DNA of 32,000 nt, taken from assembly GCF_018336915.1 (NCBI RefSeq), contig NZ_CP064923.1, positions 930,001 to 962,000 of the forward strand, read 5' to 3'. Below are positions 1-9,629 of this stretch, in pieces. Origin of the DNA: Acaryochloris marina S15. GTDB lineage: Bacteria; Cyanobacteriota; Cyanobacteriia; Thermosynechococcales; Thermosynechococcaceae. Position numbers and translations under genes: made by a program. Under the pieces are notes generated by a model. The model did no database searches, was not told where the DNA came from, and saw nothing but the letters and a program-made list of their open reading frames with translations. The first letter of the stretch is position 1. Each line of letters begins with the position of its first letter.

Positions 1-1322
1 TCGTAGCACTAGGTATTGCTTGGGAAATTGCCGCTAAGTTTAATCAGTTTTACGCTCCCATCCCCCCCCAACTCATTGGGTGGTCTTGGCTAGGACTTCC
101 CAGTCTATTTTGGGCGTTTTCCAGCATGATGGTCATCGTTCTTGCCTGTGGAGGACTTTACAACACCTCGGGAGCCTGGAAACACTATGTTCGGGCAGGC
201 CAGTTAGTCAGTTTGACCTATCTATGGTCATTGGTGATCAGCTATTTTTATGACCCCAAGCTGGATGCCCCACGATCACTGTTTTTTACTGCTTGGTTCA
301 GCAGTGTGGTGATGGTGATTGGTTTACGACTCATTACTACCCTTGTCTTAGAACAAATCGGCCTATTCCACCGCAGTAAAATTCCTGTCTTTATCATTGC
401 ACCTGCCGACCGCTTACCCATCCTTGCCCAAGTGATCCAGCAGCAGTCACAATATCGAATCGTCGGCGCTGCCCTCTCTGCTACCGCCAATGCCAGTAGC
501 ATGATGCAGTTGATCTGCAAGACCTCTGCCGTCGAAGTGCTTGCAGAAGGTCTGCCCCAAACCGATTTAGCTTCCATGCTGTATTGGCAACTCAGGCGAG
601 AAGGCATTACTCTCCGCCTGCTGCCATCTAGCGTGGAAATGCTCCATCGGCGGGGTATTCCTGAAATGTTTGCCCATATTCCCACGTTACGCACGGAAGC
701 ACCGCTATTAGGTGGACTCGATTATCAAGTCAAGCGTCTCATCGATATGGGTGCTGCCCTAGGACTCCTCATATTGCTAGTTCCCGTATTTGTAGGCATT
801 GCCCTTTCCACAAAACTCACCTCTCCTGGGCCAGTTTTCTTTTGCCAAGAGCGGGTAGGGCTGGGGGGGCAGATATTCCAAATGTGGAAGTTTCGGACAA
901 TGGTGGTCAATGCGGAGGCCTTACAAGCCAAGCTAGAATCCCAAAATCAAAATAAAGATGGCATTCTCTTCAAGGTCAAAGATGACCCACGCCTGACTCA
1001 GCTGGGCAAATTCTTACGTCGCACTAGTCTAGATGAGCTACCGCAACTCATCAACGTCCTGTTAGGACAAATGAGCCTTGTGGGGCCTCGTCCATTGCCC
1101 ATTAGAGATGTAGAACGGTTCGACTCCTGGCATCATATTCGCCACCATGTTGTCCCCGGCATGACGGGACTATGGCAGATTTCAGGTCGCTCAAAAGTTG
1201 GCAACTTCAATGAGGCGGCCCGCCTAGACCTGTATTACATCGATAACTGGTCCCTAAACCTGGACCTTGAGATATTGGTGGAAACGGCAAGAATAGTGTT
1301 GTTTGGCTATGGGGCGTACTAA
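1..1322 (+). CDS. Polyprenyl glycosylphosphotransferase (WbaP/EpsB-type initiating sugar transferase for exopolysaccharide synthesis), 5' partial
   Basis: The C-terminal bacterial sugar-transferase domain is readable ([50 protein letters not shown]). The frame of ORF 126..1322 stays open with no stop back to base 3, so the gene probably starts upstream of the window. The N-terminus is hydrophobic. Confidence 0.85.
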   Translation, partial: VALGIAWEIAAKFNQFYAPIPPQLIGWSWLGLPSLFWAFSSMMVIVLACGGLYNTSGAWKHYVRAGQLVSLTYLWSLVISYFYDPKLDAPRSLFFTAWFSSVVMVIGLRLITTLVLEQIGLFHRSKIPVFIIAPADRLPILAQVIQQQSQYRIVGAALSATANASSMMQLICKTSAVEVLAEGLPQTDLASMLYWQLRREGITLRLLPSSVEMLHRRGIPEMFAHIPTLRTEAPLLGGLDYQVKRLIDMGAALGLLILLVPVFVGIALSTKLTSPGPVFFCQERVGLGGQIFQMWKFRTMVVNAEALQAKLESQNQNKDGILFKVKDDPRLTQLGKFLRRTSLDELPQLINVLLGQMSLVGPRPLPIRDVERFDSWHHIRHHVVPGMTGLWQISGRSKVGNFNEAARLDLYYIDNWSLNLDLEILVETARIVLFGYGAY

Positions 1323-2496
1323 ATTGTAGGGAAAAGTACCCACCATAAAAATAAAGTCCCTTCGGTATTAACGACCATCATGCCTGTAAAGGGGTAGACT
1401 CGCTAATTTGCGTCTTGCTCTTTCGAGACAAGTTGCCGTTTCGAGGACTTAACTGAGCTATACGGGGGGATCGATAGCCCATCTGTATACGAGTATAAAC
1501 CGATTTATTCTCCATGACTACAAATAGCCATTAAATTTCTATTTAATTTGCCCTATAGAAATGAATAAAAAGCGTGAAAAGACTTATGGGAAAGGATTAC
1601 AGTAGATTAACATTCCCTTACAAAATCAGTTCTCACATTACAGGATGCTTGATTATTCTGCCAGACCTAAAAAGTGATATAAATCACATTCGCTTATCTT
1701 CAAACCCTTCAACAAGTGCCAGTTGTCGTGCAGCAATGAACGAGCTGTTCATTGCTTAGCCTCAACATTTAGCGTTGGCACAATCCCTTCATTAAACCAA
1801 TGGGTGTCTTATTCTGGGCCAATCGTCGGTCCTTTCAATTCTCAGCTATTCCAGAGCACAGACCCTGGTGATTGATCTAAAAACTCCTATCACTAAAAAT
1901 GCTGAAGTGGGTGCACAAAGCGTTCCTATATCAGTGACGACCCCCTACTCGTATTTCAGAAGCAGCAACAGAGTCTGATGTTCGAACACATCTATACCAA
2001 TTTGCGATCGCATCATCCGCATCAGCAGGACTACCGTTGAAGGGGGATTCAATTCATACCGCGATCTTTAAACACCTCTGGCTAAATTTAGATCGTCTTA
2101 TTGGGCGAACGTTGCACATTATCAGCCGATCAAAGTGAAACTCTGAGGTCCCATATTAAAAGAGTATCGTTCTTATTCAAAATGATCACAGAAGCTGGCA
2201 AATGTTGCTGAATTCATCTCCCCTAAACCATTGTGGAGATTGATTGTAAAAGATAGGAGTGATCACAGTAGATATGTCAGCGAGAACCCGAGGTCCATGG
2301 GCACCTGCGGTAGTGAATATCATGAATACGTCTGCTATCAATAGCCGGAATCTTATTTAGGAGTATGAAACAGACGATTAGCGTATGATCACTGGCTGCA
2401 ACTCGCGACTCATCCTCTCAGTGCACATCTATCCTGAGATGGAATAAACCCTGGTTGATCTCAAAGACCCGTTAGGTCTAAAACTTACATACGTAA

Positions 2497-3294
2497 CTAG
2501 ACTTCCATTTGCATTGCAGCAGACTTTTGCAAAAGACCGACTAACTCATCAATTCCTTTCTTAATTCGGCGAGTAACCGTAACGGGGCTAACGCCAATAC
2601 GCTGAGCCACTTCTTGTCGAGAGAGTTGATGGACAAACACTGACTCGATCATTTCTCGGGTGCGATCTTCTAGCTGATCTAGTGCTTGCTGAAGTTCCAA
2701 CCGATCTTCTTGGTTGGTTTGCATAATTTGGCACCGAGCATCCATCAGAGTATCCCCTAGGGTCATCATGGAATCGGACTGTTGATGATGGCCGGAAGAG
2801 ACACGAGCATTCAAGCTGAGAGGGACGCGATTAGAGGCGGCTAACTTAACCGCTCGCCATTCCTGCATTGACAGATCGAGTTCGTCGGCAATTTCTTGAT
2901 CGCTGGGATGACGTCCGAGTTCCATCGTCAATGCCTGGCGAACTTTTGCACCATCGCGGCTCAGCTGCTGCCATCGACGAGGGATGCGAACAGTATTGGC
3001 ACGATCCCGTAAGAAGTGAAGAATTTCGCCTCTGATATAAGGAACAGCAAAGGAGCTGAATGCATAACCTTGGGTGGGATCAAATCGCTCGATGGCAGTA
3101 ATTAATCCTAGGAAACCACATTGCTCTAAATCTTCGTAGGGCTCTGCACATTGGTGAGCGAGGCGGTGAGCTACCTTGCGGACTAATCCCATATTCAAGC
3201 GGACCAAGCGGTTTCGGAGCTGAACAGAAGGTTTCTGGCGATAAGCAACCAGCATCTCCATTGTCTGGGACTGTAAGGAAGTTTGATAAGCCAT
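2497..3294 (-). CDS. sigF: RNA polymerase sigma factor, group 3 (SigF/FliA/WhiG-like)
   Basis: 265 aa. Sigma-70 region 2 (GFLGLITAIERFDP..GYAFSSFAVPYIRGEILHFLRD), region 3, and a region 4 HTH (LSRQEVAQRIGVSPVTVTRRIKKG). Size and motifs match cyanobacterial SigF-type sigma factors. Confidence 0.85.
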   Translation of the reverse strand: MAYQTSLQSQTMEMLVAYRQKPSVQLRNRLVRLNMGLVRKVAHRLAHQCAEPYEDLEQCGFLGLITAIERFDPTQGYAFSSFAVPYIRGEILHFLRDRANTVRIPRRWQQLSRDGAKVRQALTMELGRHPSDQEIADELDLSMQEWRAVKLAASNRVPLSLNARVSSGHHQQSDSMMTLGDTLMDARCQIMQTNQEDRLELQQALDQLEDRTREMIESVFVHQLSRQEVAQRIGVSPVTVTRRIKKGIDELVGLLQKSAAMQMEV

Positions 3295-3732
3295 AGTTTA
3301 ATCGTCCTGATGTCCTGTACCTGGAAATCATTATCGAGATACTGAACTTGAAAAACCATCGTTAATATACGGGACTTTATAAAAATAAATGGAAGAAGCC
3401 TACGCGTTATTACGTAAGTAGATTCCCGGACAGTCCATTTACATTCGGTAATAATTCGGGAGATATCAGTATTAACACGGAGCAGTAACGCTTTACCGGA
3501 GAAATAACTCCGTATATATACATTACCTAGACTATTATGTAGCGCTATAGGTCTAGGCGTTCATCCCCTTGCAGCATACCCAAAAAGCCTGCAGAGTTCA
3601 CCCTGTATAAATAACTCCTTGCCTTTAAGGGTTACGGATAACCCTAACCTTGCTGCCTCCTACTTTTTAGGGAGATAAGGCAAAATAAGAGGTAGCAGAC
3701 CAATAACAGAGTTTGTTTAAAAGAGGAAGTCC

Positions 3733-4464
3733 GTGAGTAATACAAGTAATTTTCGTAACGCCATTCAAGAGGCCAAACAAAACGCCCTCGTTGGCCCCAA
3801 TGTTATTCAAAACGCCCTACCTTTCCTAGGCGCAGGATTAGTTTTAACTGCTGTCGGAGCATGGGGTGGTTTAAAAGTTATTTCTAATTCTGGCCTTCAA
3901 ACTTACAATGCCACATATCTACCTGCCTCGATTCTGTTCATCGTGCTGTTTATTAGTTCCCAAATCGCTGCAACTAAGGGCAAAAATGATGTTGCCCTGC
4001 CTTTGCTTGCGACCTTTAGCCTAGTCAGCGGCTATACCCTATCACTTCTAATGGAACTCGCTCTGAAAACCCCTGGAGTGGGTGAAACAGGGCTAGCTAT
4101 TGCAGCGTTGAGTTGTGGCATTACTTTTATTGCCGCTCGTCCTATCGGCGGTAATTTATCCGATGAAGATGGATTTGCCCTTACTAAAACATTTCAACTC
4201 GGGCTAGGTGCTTTACTAGTTGTGGTAATTGCCCAAGCCATATTGATGTGGTTTGGCATTATTACCCCCAGCTGGATGGAAATTGGAATTTCCGGTTTTG
4301 GCGTCCTGTTATTTGTTGGGGCAGCTGTTGTTGACTTCTTCGTTCTGCCTAGAACCTATGAAGATGAGCAATATTTATCGGCTGCTTTATCGATGTATAT
4401 GACCTACGTCAATCTGTTTATCTTTATTCTCAGATTCTTAATTGCAATCAATAGTAGAGACTAA
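3733..4464 (+). CDS. Bax inhibitor-1/YccA family multi-pass membrane protein
   Basis: 243 aa with a GTG start preceded by AGAGGAAG. About 7 hydrophobic segments and a short polar N-terminus; the size is typical of the BI-1 family. The family call is from recollection of cyanobacterial homologues. Confidence 0.7.
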   Translation: MSNTSNFRNAIQEAKQNALVGPNVIQNALPFLGAGLVLTAVGAWGGLKVISNSGLQTYNATYLPASILFIVLFISSQIAATKGKNDVALPLLATFSLVSGYTLSLLMELALKTPGVGETGLAIAALSCGITFIAARPIGGNLSDEDGFALTKTFQLGLGALLVVVIAQAILMWFGIITPSWMEIGISGFGVLLFVGAAVVDFFVLPRTYEDEQYLSAALSMYMTYVNLFIFILRFLIAINSRD

Positions 4465-4488
4465 CCATTTCGGCAGATAGTACTTTAG

Positions 4489-4524
4489 TTTCAAGGGGTT
4501 GGACGATCGTCCAGCCCCTTGAAA
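4489..4524 (+). terminator. Stem-loop downstream of the BI-1 gene (candidate intrinsic terminator)
   Basis: tttcaaggggttggacg/cgtccagccccttgaaa forms about 16 bp around a CGATCG core with one G-U pair. It begins 25 nt after the stop codon and is followed by cttttaaatttt. Confidence 0.55.
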
Positions 4525-4596
4525 CTTTTAAATTTTGAACAGAGTCTTTATACATTAATAGGAGCAGCATTTAGGGAATATCAACCAGAGGGAAGG

Positions 4597-5178
4597 ATGA
4601 TCGGTCAAACAATTTTGATGATGGCAGGGCTCAGTTTAGGTATGAGTTTAATGGCCAATAAACCGCCCATTTTCACCCCTCATTCGGTCCCTTCTCTCCT
4701 AGCTAGACCTCCCTATAATTGCTTGACCCGTGAGGTTTGGAGTCCGGCTAAACGGGCTTGGTGTGATCGCTTTGGTCCTCACTCTGAGCCTTGGCCTAAG
4801 GTTGCCCGACCTGAGATGTGGGAGAGGGATCGCAACCGCTATACGCCCATTCGCCTCAGCACCTTACCCAGTGATACCTCTTTAACGGGCACGGCTCCTA
4901 AGTCCATTGCCCTATCCCTTGTCGATTTACCAGAAACAGCAGGGAACTCCCAAAAACAGACCTCCGTTTCCATTCAGCAAGGTCAGTCTGCCGTAGTGAT
5001 GCTGTCTAATGTCGGTTTGGCAGATGATTCGGTGCAAGGCATCCGATACCGCTTTGAATTTGAACCCCAGGGCATGATAGATAACGAGGAAAAATGGCAG
5101 CTAGTGTGGATGGGGCGACAGCAAATCTGTTGGCCCGGACGAGGGCCAGAAGAATGGACCAACCAGCCTTGTAGTTAA
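4597..5178 (+). CDS. Hypothetical exported protein (signal peptide or membrane anchor, four Cys)
   Basis: The ORF track starts at TTG 4519, which lies inside the upstream hairpin. ATG 4597 is preceded by GGAAGG and begins a hydrophobic N-terminus (MIGQTILMMAGLSLGMSLMA). I recognise no family. Confidence 0.6.
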   Translation: MIGQTILMMAGLSLGMSLMANKPPIFTPHSVPSLLARPPYNCLTREVWSPAKRAWCDRFGPHSEPWPKVARPEMWERDRNRYTPIRLSTLPSDTSLTGTAPKSIALSLVDLPETAGNSQKQTSVSIQQGQSAVVMLSNVGLADDSVQGIRYRFEFEPQGMIDNEEKWQLVWMGRQQICWPGRGPEEWTNQPCS

Positions 5179-5182
5179 TTAT

Positions 5183-6094
5183 TTAGGGATGGTGAGACCG
5201 ATCGAGTACAGCATCTTCCCAGGACACAGGATCCTCAATGGGCTCTAAATGTGTCATTACATGGGTGCCGGGTAAAGCCGTCATAATCGCTTGTTCCAAC
5301 ACATCGCATAATTCATGGCCTTTTTGGACAGACCAATTTCCGGGCACCAGAACATGAAAGGAGACAAAATTACGAGCCCCAGCTACACGGGTACGGAGAG
5401 CGTGAAACTGAATCCCCTGGGCTTGGTAGGCCGTTAAGGTTGCGCGAATAACGGCTTGGTCGGATTCAGGCAATGCACTGTCCATCAGCCCAGACATAGT
5501 TTCCCGAATGAGTTTGATGGATACCCAAACAATATTAATGGCAACCAATAAGGCCATGATGGGATCGAGAATCAGCCACCCCGTCAGCTTAACAATCACC
5601 AAACCGGCCACCACCCCCACCGACGTCCAAACATCGGTTAATAGGTGATGGGCATCAGCTCGGAGGGTGATAGAGCGTAGCCGTTTCCCAGCTCGTAGTA
5701 AAACCCAAGCCACACCAGCATTGACGAGGGATGAAAGGATGGATAAGCCTAAGCCTAGTTCTAACTCTGCGATGGGTTGAGGATCCAGTATTCGGGGAAT
5801 AGCAGTAATCGCAATGGTAATCGCGGCTACCAAAATCAGGAGTCCCTCTAAACCGCTGGAAAAATATTCGGCTTTAGAATGACCAAATGTATGTTCTTTA
5901 TCGGGAGGCTGGGCAGCAACTGTGAGCGCCCAAAATGCTGCTAATGCGGCAATTAAGTTCACACTAGACTCAGCCATATCCGAGAATAAGCCAACGGAAG
6001 AGGTGAGCTGATAGGCACCAAATTTGAGCCCCATTGTTACCAAAGAAGCAGCAATCGATAACAGAATATAGGTGCGGGCAGCCTTACTGCTCAT
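5183..6094 (-). CDS. Cation diffusion facilitator (CDF) family divalent-metal efflux transporter
   Basis: 303 aa with six TM segments. CDF signature region (SDMAESSVNLIAALAAF...HTFGHSKAEYFSSGLEGLLI; HHLLTDVWTS) and a C-terminal cytoplasmic domain. Confidence 0.85.
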   Translation of the reverse strand: MSSKAARTYILLSIAASLVTMGLKFGAYQLTSSVGLFSDMAESSVNLIAALAAFWALTVAAQPPDKEHTFGHSKAEYFSSGLEGLLILVAAITIAITAIPRILDPQPIAELELGLGLSILSSLVNAGVAWVLLRAGKRLRSITLRADAHHLLTDVWTSVGVVAGLVIVKLTGWLILDPIMALLVAINIVWVSIKLIRETMSGLMDSALPESDQAVIRATLTAYQAQGIQFHALRTRVAGARNFVSFHVLVPGNWSVQKGHELCDVLEQAIMTALPGTHVMTHLEPIEDPVSWEDAVLDRSHHP

Positions 6095-6109
6095 AACGTT
6101 CTCTATCCC

Positions 6110-7306
6110 TCAGCCCGTATACCAAAGGGTTTCAATTTTATGGGCCATATCTACGGCTATAGCCGGATCACCAGAGGATAATAACATTGTTGCATGCCCT
6201 AACTTCCGCCCAGGCCGATTTTCTGTCTTGCCATACCAATGGACGGACGTCTGGGGGAGGGCAGCAATAGCCTGTCGTTTTTGTAAATAATCATTGTGGC
6301 TGGTTTCAAATCCCAGCAGGTTTACCATGACGGCAGCGGAGGTCGTGAGGTGAGTTGGGCCTAAAGGCTGACCACTAATCGCCCGTAAATGCTGTTCAAA
6401 TTGGGAGGTTGCACAGGCATCGATGGTGAGATGGCCAGAGTTATGGGTGCGGGGGGCAATTTCATTGACCCACACTTGGTCGTCAGCGGTTTGGAATAAC
6501 TCAATCCCCACAATTCCCACCATATTAAGATGCTCTAATATCTGGGATGTGATGTGATCAATCTGCGCCTGGGTCGTGGATGACAACTGAACTGGAGCAA
6601 TAGCCCAATGGCAAACCTGATCTTGCTGATGGGTTTCCACCACTGGGAACTGGGAAATCTCTCCCGTCGTAGAGCGAGCTGCCATGACCGCCAATTCCCG
6701 CTGAAAGGGAACATAAGCTTCCACCATCAACACAGACGGATCTTGCTGGGCTTGTTGCCAACATTGGGCGAGGTCTGCCGAGGTATGACAAACAAAAGTA
6801 CCCTGACCATCATAGCCATTGCGTCGAGCCTTGATGACGACAGGGAACTCAAAAGATGGGGGCAGTGAGCCAGATGTCAGAGGTGCAAACTGGGGGACGG
6901 CTATCCCAAGGGAAGCGAAAAAGGTGCGTTGCTCATACTTATCGAGTAAGGGAGCTAGGCTGGCTAAGCTAGGGCGAAAGCAAACGCCTTGAGCTGCCAA
7001 TTTCCCTAAGGCATCTAAATCAACAAACTCATTTTCGAAGGTAATGATTTGGCAGTGTTGAGCGAGGTGAGCTGTAGCCGCGACATCCGTAATAGGAGCG
7101 AGAATGGCCTGCTGGTCTAGATCGACTACACTTTGTAGGGCTGAGTCAGAAGGGTTCGGCGTTTGAAAAACGAGGTTGAGGTCTAAGGATGGGGCAGCTT
7201 GATTCAACATCCAAGCTAGTTGGCCACCGCCCAAAATACCAACGGTGTGAATGGGCACTTGGGGTGACGTAGCGGCGGACGGGGTTGCGATCGCAAAATC
7301 AGACAT
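6110..7306 (-). CDS. purK: N5-carboxyaminoimidazole ribonucleotide synthase
   Basis: 398 aa with ATP-grasp motifs (GILGGGQLAWML, PVVIKARRNGYDGQG, NEIAPRTHNSGH, RPGRKLGH). Confidence 0.9.
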   Translation of the reverse strand: MSDFAIATPSAATSPQVPIHTVGILGGGQLAWMLNQAAPSLDLNLVFQTPNPSDSALQSVVDLDQQAILAPITDVAATAHLAQHCQIITFENEFVDLDALGKLAAQGVCFRPSLASLAPLLDKYEQRTFFASLGIAVPQFAPLTSGSLPPSFEFPVVIKARRNGYDGQGTFVCHTSADLAQCWQQAQQDPSVLMVEAYVPFQRELAVMAARSTTGEISQFPVVETHQQDQVCHWAIAPVQLSSTTQAQIDHITSQILEHLNMVGIVGIELFQTADDQVWVNEIAPRTHNSGHLTIDACATSQFEQHLRAISGQPLGPTHLTTSAAVMVNLLGFETSHNDYLQKRQAIAALPQTSVHWYGKTENRPGRKLGHATMLLSSGDPAIAVDMAHKIETLWYTG

Positions 7307-7320
7307 AAAACCAATTGTTC

Positions 7321-7755
7321 TTAAAAGGCAGGTTCAGGCTCGGCTTCCGGGGGAGTTTCCGCAGCTACATCTTCTTGAACCCGTTCGGTATTGCCCATGG
7401 ACACCCAACCTTCCACATCCTCGCCTTCCAGGTCAGCTTTAATCTTCTGCCATTTTTGGTCCGGTGATGCTTCAATCACAGTGACGGGCTCTTCGTATTC
7501 TAGGACTTTAATGACATCCGCATCCGAGGATCTTTCTTTTCTGAGGAATAAACCGTCAGGGTAAATAACGACTGCCGGATAGGGCTTGGGTTTAGCAGGC
7601 ACTGCGGGTTTAGCGTCGTTCGGAAACTTAGGTTTTTGGGGGATTTGAGAAAATCGGTTTAGGTACAAATAGCCAGCACCGCCCACTGCTCCCCCAACAA
7701 TTGCTAAACCCAAGATGACACCAATGACGATTTGAGCGATCTGAGACGGTTTCAT
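7321..7755 (-). CDS. Membrane-anchored protein with a bacterial SH3-like domain
   Basis: 144 aa. N-terminal TM helix (IVIGVILGLAIVGGAVGGAGYLY), a Pro/Lys-rich linker, an SH3b-like segment (LRKERSSDADVIKVLEYEEPVTVIE...WQKIK...GWV) and an acidic tail. Confidence 0.6.
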   Translation of the reverse strand: MKPSQIAQIVIGVILGLAIVGGAVGGAGYLYLNRFSQIPQKPKFPNDAKPAVPAKPKPYPAVVIYPDGLFLRKERSSDADVIKVLEYEEPVTVIEASPDQKWQKIKADLEGEDVEGWVSMGNTERVQEDVAAETPPEAEPEPAF

Positions 7756-7846
7756 ACAGGCATCAAGATGACAAAGTTAGTCAAATTCTAAGGGTAGAGA
7801 ACAAGTAAGGGTTATTCAAATAAAAATCATGTTCAGCACAGTCATA

Positions 7847-9370
7847 TTAATCCGGCTGTTGAAGTTGCCGCTGAATGCGCAAGCTTAGTGTACTATGCTT
7901 GGACGCTAATCGTGCTTTCCCCGATGCTGCCCAATCTTGCAGAAATTCTACCTGTTCTTGAGCAGTACGAGCTAAAGGAATGATTTGGCTGGCGGCTTCT
8001 AAGATATCGTCCGTCGTAAAGTCTCGGTTCTGGCTAAATCCCAAATGCATCGCTTCAATAATGCTCTGTTCCAGCTCAGCTCCAGAGAAATCTGGTGTTT
8101 CGTAAGCTAATCGCTGCAAATCATATTGGTTGAGGTTGTGGGGACGTAACCGGGATAAATGCACCGAAAAGATCGCTTCCCGTTCTTCCTTCGTCGGCAA
8201 GCCCACAAAAAAGATCTCATCAAACCGCCCTTTTCGCAGCATCTCTGGGGGTAAAGACTGGATATTATTGGCCGTCGCCACCACAAAGACCGGAGAGGTT
8301 TTCTCCGCCAGCCAGGTAATAAAGGTACCAAACACCCGGCTGGTCGTCCCTGAGTCTCCCCGACCATCGATGCCCGCAAAGGCTTTATCAATTTCATCAA
8401 TCCAGAGAATGCAAGGGGCTAAAGCCTCAGAAAGCTGAATCATTTGCCGGGTTCGGGACTCTGACTCCCCCACTAGTCCGGCAAATAGACGTCCCACATC
8501 TAGGCGCAACAGGGGCAGATGCCAATGATGAGCAATCGCCTTTGCCGTCAGGGATTTACCCGTCCCTTGAATTCCCACTAACAAGAGGCCGCGAGGATGG
8601 GGTAAACCGTATTGTCGAGCTTTCTCAGAGAATGATCCGCCTCGTCGGAACAGCCAATCCTTGAGATTATCAAGGCCACCAATATCAGAAATATTTTCCT
8701 GGGCAGGATAAAAATCCAGAATCTGAGTCTGGCGAATGGTTTGTCGTTTTTCCTCTAGAATCAGCTCAACATCATCTGCACTGAGCTGGCCGTGGGTTGC
8801 GATCGCACGGGACAATACCCGCCGAATTCGATCCATCGTTAACCCTTGACAGGAACGGGCCAAATCATCCAAATCCTTACCCGTCAGGGGATGAGAGGTG
8901 GCAGTCAGTAAACGTTCAACCTCAGACCGAATCTCTCCTACATCAGGCAGGGGGAAATCAATCACATGGACCACTTCACCTAAATCACGAGGAATCGCCA
9001 CCTCACTGGCCAGCAGAACAATATTCTTGGGCTGCGACTTCAACAGTCGAGATAAATTGCGAAGCTTCCGAGCAATCGCCACATCTTCCAGAAACCGATT
9101 GAAATCTCGAAGGATAAAAATCGCAGGGGCGGACGGGGGTAACTGCTCAATCAGTTCTAGGGCCTGCAACGGATTGCGCTGACCAAATCCTGCATCCGTG
9201 GGATTCCCTTGATAGCCATCCACAAAGTCCCAAGTATAGACCGCTCGATTTCCCTGACGTTGGGCCGAATCCGCAATCACCGATTCAACGCGTTCTTCCT
9301 CCTGCGTAGGGATATAAATTAATGGATATCGGGCTCTGAGGAGTAACTCAAACTCATGACTAAAGCTCAT
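7847..9370 (-). CDS. ycf46: AAA+ ATPase, Ycf46-like
   Basis: 507 aa. Walker A GIQGTGKS, Walker B ILWIDEIDKA, second region of homology (ATANNIQSLPPEMLRKGRFDEIFFV). The N-terminus (F..E...LL.ARYPLIYI.T.EEERV) matches my recollection of cyanobacterial and plastid Ycf46. Confidence 0.7.
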   Translation of the reverse strand: MSFSHEFELLLRARYPLIYIPTQEEERVESVIADSAQRQGNRAVYTWDFVDGYQGNPTDAGFGQRNPLQALELIEQLPPSAPAIFILRDFNRFLEDVAIARKLRNLSRLLKSQPKNIVLLASEVAIPRDLGEVVHVIDFPLPDVGEIRSEVERLLTATSHPLTGKDLDDLARSCQGLTMDRIRRVLSRAIATHGQLSADDVELILEEKRQTIRQTQILDFYPAQENISDIGGLDNLKDWLFRRGGSFSEKARQYGLPHPRGLLLVGIQGTGKSLTAKAIAHHWHLPLLRLDVGRLFAGLVGESESRTRQMIQLSEALAPCILWIDEIDKAFAGIDGRGDSGTTSRVFGTFITWLAEKTSPVFVVATANNIQSLPPEMLRKGRFDEIFFVGLPTKEEREAIFSVHLSRLRPHNLNQYDLQRLAYETPDFSGAELEQSIIEAMHLGFSQNRDFTTDDILEAASQIIPLARTAQEQVEFLQDWAASGKARLASKHSTLSLRIQRQLQQPD

Positions 9371-9629
9371 GGGACTAACCCTGAAATAGTGGATATCTTA
9401 AAAAGCAAGAATGTATGGTCACGAACTCCATCAATAGTGAGTAGATAGATCCTGCTTGCCAATTTTACCTGGGTGTTGAAAAGGATTGCATCATGCAAGG
9501 ATGTGGAAAACTGTCATCTCCCTCTGGGTAAACTGAGTTAACCGCCTTATCCATAGGAGATCTTGCACCAACCCAGGCTATCCCAATATGGGACATGGAT
9601 ATGAGGTCGGCATTTATTGGGGGAATCGC

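Noticed and set aside
1574-1759. 61-aa ORF in the long convergent gap
   Set aside because: It has a GTG start without an SD, an unconvincing composition, barely exceeds the length cutoff, and ends inside a 9-bp hairpin. It is not called as a gene.
1938-2135. 66-codon stop-free stretch with no ATG or GTG start, considered as a pseudogene fragment
   Set aside because: An open run of this length is expected by chance somewhere in six frames of 1.2 kb, and the translation matched no family I know. It is mentioned only as something a blastx search could test.
1323-2496. Looked for RNase P RNA, tmRNA, SRP RNA and Yfr1-like motifs in the long gap
   Set aside because: I found no GGAAAGTCCGGGC-type P4 sequence, no tRNA-like 3' end with a tag ORF, and only an imperfect ACTCCTATCAC versus the Yfr1 core ACUCCUCACAC, with no flanking stem-loops. 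By-eye scanning is not decisive, so Infernal should be run.
3628-3645. 7-bp hairpin AGGGTTA-CGGA-TAACCCT and other small stems in the 438-bp sigF / BI-1 divergent region; I also scanned for NtcA-type GTA-N8-TAC boxes
   Set aside because: No GTA-N8-TAC site was found. The hairpins are short, isolated and without an obvious partner signal, which is too weak to call a regulatory element.
6095-7320. Possible 6S RNA gene next to purK (from memory, cyanobacterial 6S RNA is often syntenic with purK)
   Set aside because: The purK flanks here are only 15 bp and 14 bp from neighbouring CDSs, which leaves no room for an RNA of about 180 nt.
8107-9182. Several 94-102 aa ORFs on both strands inside the AAA+ ATPase gene
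   Set aside because: They lie fully within a strongly supported 507-aa CDS and have Arg/Ser/Pro-rich translations typical of off-frame shadows. The same reasoning applies to nested ORFs inside purK, aspS, glpD, the esterase and the histidine kinase.
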